From an uncultured candidatus Brocadiaceae bacterium (GTDB taxonomy: Bacteria > Planctomycetota > UBA1135 > UBA2386), in the NCBI GenBank assembly GCA_964392555.1, contig CAYMRG010000002.1:1-33940 (forward strand): a stretch of 33,940 nucleotides of DNA, given 5' to 3'. Shown here one piece after another: positions 33,324 through 33,940 of this stretch. Below the pieces are notes generated by a model. That model had not been told where the DNA came from, did no database searches, and worked only from the letters and a program-made list of their open reading frames with translations. The position numbers and the translations under genes are program-made. Each line of letters begins with the position of its first letter. Within the stretch, counting starts at the first letter, position 1.

Positions 33324-33940
33324 CGCGCGGCGACCGGTGCCGCGCCGCCCAGCTGCAGCTTGTTGAACAGCGTGCGCACGCCGATGCCGAGCATCTCGGC
33401 GGTCTTCGTGCGGTTGCCGCCGCAGGCGGCCAGTGTCCGCTGCACGAGTTCGCGTTCGACATCGTCGAGCGACCGCCCGACCAGCCCGTCGATCGGATCG
33501 CGGGCCGGCAGCACGCAGGTCGGCTCGACCGCGAGCGCGCCGGCATCGGGGCCGAGCCAGCGCCGCACGAGTTCGGCCGTGATCACGCCGTCCTCGCACA
33601 GCAGGCCGACGCGCTGCACGACGTTCTGCAGCTCGCGGACGTTGCCGGGCCAGCCCCAGGCCTGCAGCACCGCCTCGGCCTCATCGCTGAGCGTCGCACC
33701 GGCGCGCAGGAAGTGGCGCGCCAACGGCACGATCTCCGCGCGCCGCTCGCGCAGCGGCGGCAGCACGATCGGCACGACGTCGAGACGGTAGAACAGGTCC
33801 TGACGGAACCGTCCTTCGCCGACCGCGGCCACGAGGTCGCGGTTGGTCGCCGCGACGATGCGGACATCGACGCGCACCGTGCGGTTGCCGCCGACGCGCT
33901 CGAACTCGCCTTCCTGCAGCACGCGCAGCAGCTTGCTCTG
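33320..33940 (-). CDS. sigma54-dependent Fis-family transcriptional activator, C-terminal part (runs off the right edge)
   Basis: The reading frame is open to the window end: QSKLLRVLQEGEFERVGGNRTVRVDVRIVAATNRDL...FRQDLFYRL...WPGNVRELQNVV, then the Fis-type HTH GNRTKTAEMLGIGVRTLFNKL. Confidence 0.9.
   Translation of the reverse strand, partial: QSKLLRVLQEGEFERVGGNRTVRVDVRIVAATNRDLVAAVGEGRFRQDLFYRLDVVPIVLPPLRERRAEIVPLARHFLRAGATLSDEAEAVLQAWGWPGNVRELQNVVQRVGLLCEDGVITAELVRRWLGPDAGALAVEPTCVLPARDPIDGLVGRSLDDVERELVQRTLAACGGNRTKTAEMLGIGVRTLFNKLQLGGAAPVAAR

Overview
Very GC-rich (roughly 70% by eye), densely coding bacterial chromosomal segment. Most long ORFs in the six-frame track are antisense or off-frame shadows. 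I accept about 31 protein genes and find no rRNA, tRNA, CRISPR array or transposase. Left to right: a CaCA antiporter 5' end (missing from the ORF track), an epimerase, a secreted Cys-rich protein with a membrane-anchored helical-repeat protein, rpmG, a secreted beta-rich protein, and an SDR / enoyl-CoA hydratase / acyl-CoA dehydrogenase trio. A long minus-strand run follows: S8 protease, GT2, GT2, MotA, MotB. Then come a divergent FG-GAP lipoprotein and a minus-strand run of DinB, WYL/YafY regulator, ECF sigma, anti-sigma and TPR-CHAT protease. The rest is Amt, a 5'-truncated paralogue of the protease C-terminal module, a PaaK-like ligase with a 68-aa ORF, a Cys-type sulfatase, an orphan DUF4351 ORF, an ECF sigma fused through a membrane segment to a large extracytoplasmic domain, DUF2237, a 16-bp x4 tandem repeat, a PyrK-like oxidoreductase, a metallophosphoesterase and a sigma54 activator 3' end. 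The best candidate for an undescribed system sits at the window centre. It is a translationally coupled ECF sigma / anti-sigma / CHAT (caspase-fold) protease operon. Its 3' end overlaps a convergent FG-GAP lipoprotein gene, and that gene is divergent from an S8 protease with an apparent Glu-His-Ser triad and a surface module present in three paralogous copies here. All family calls come from motif recognition by eye; no searches were run.
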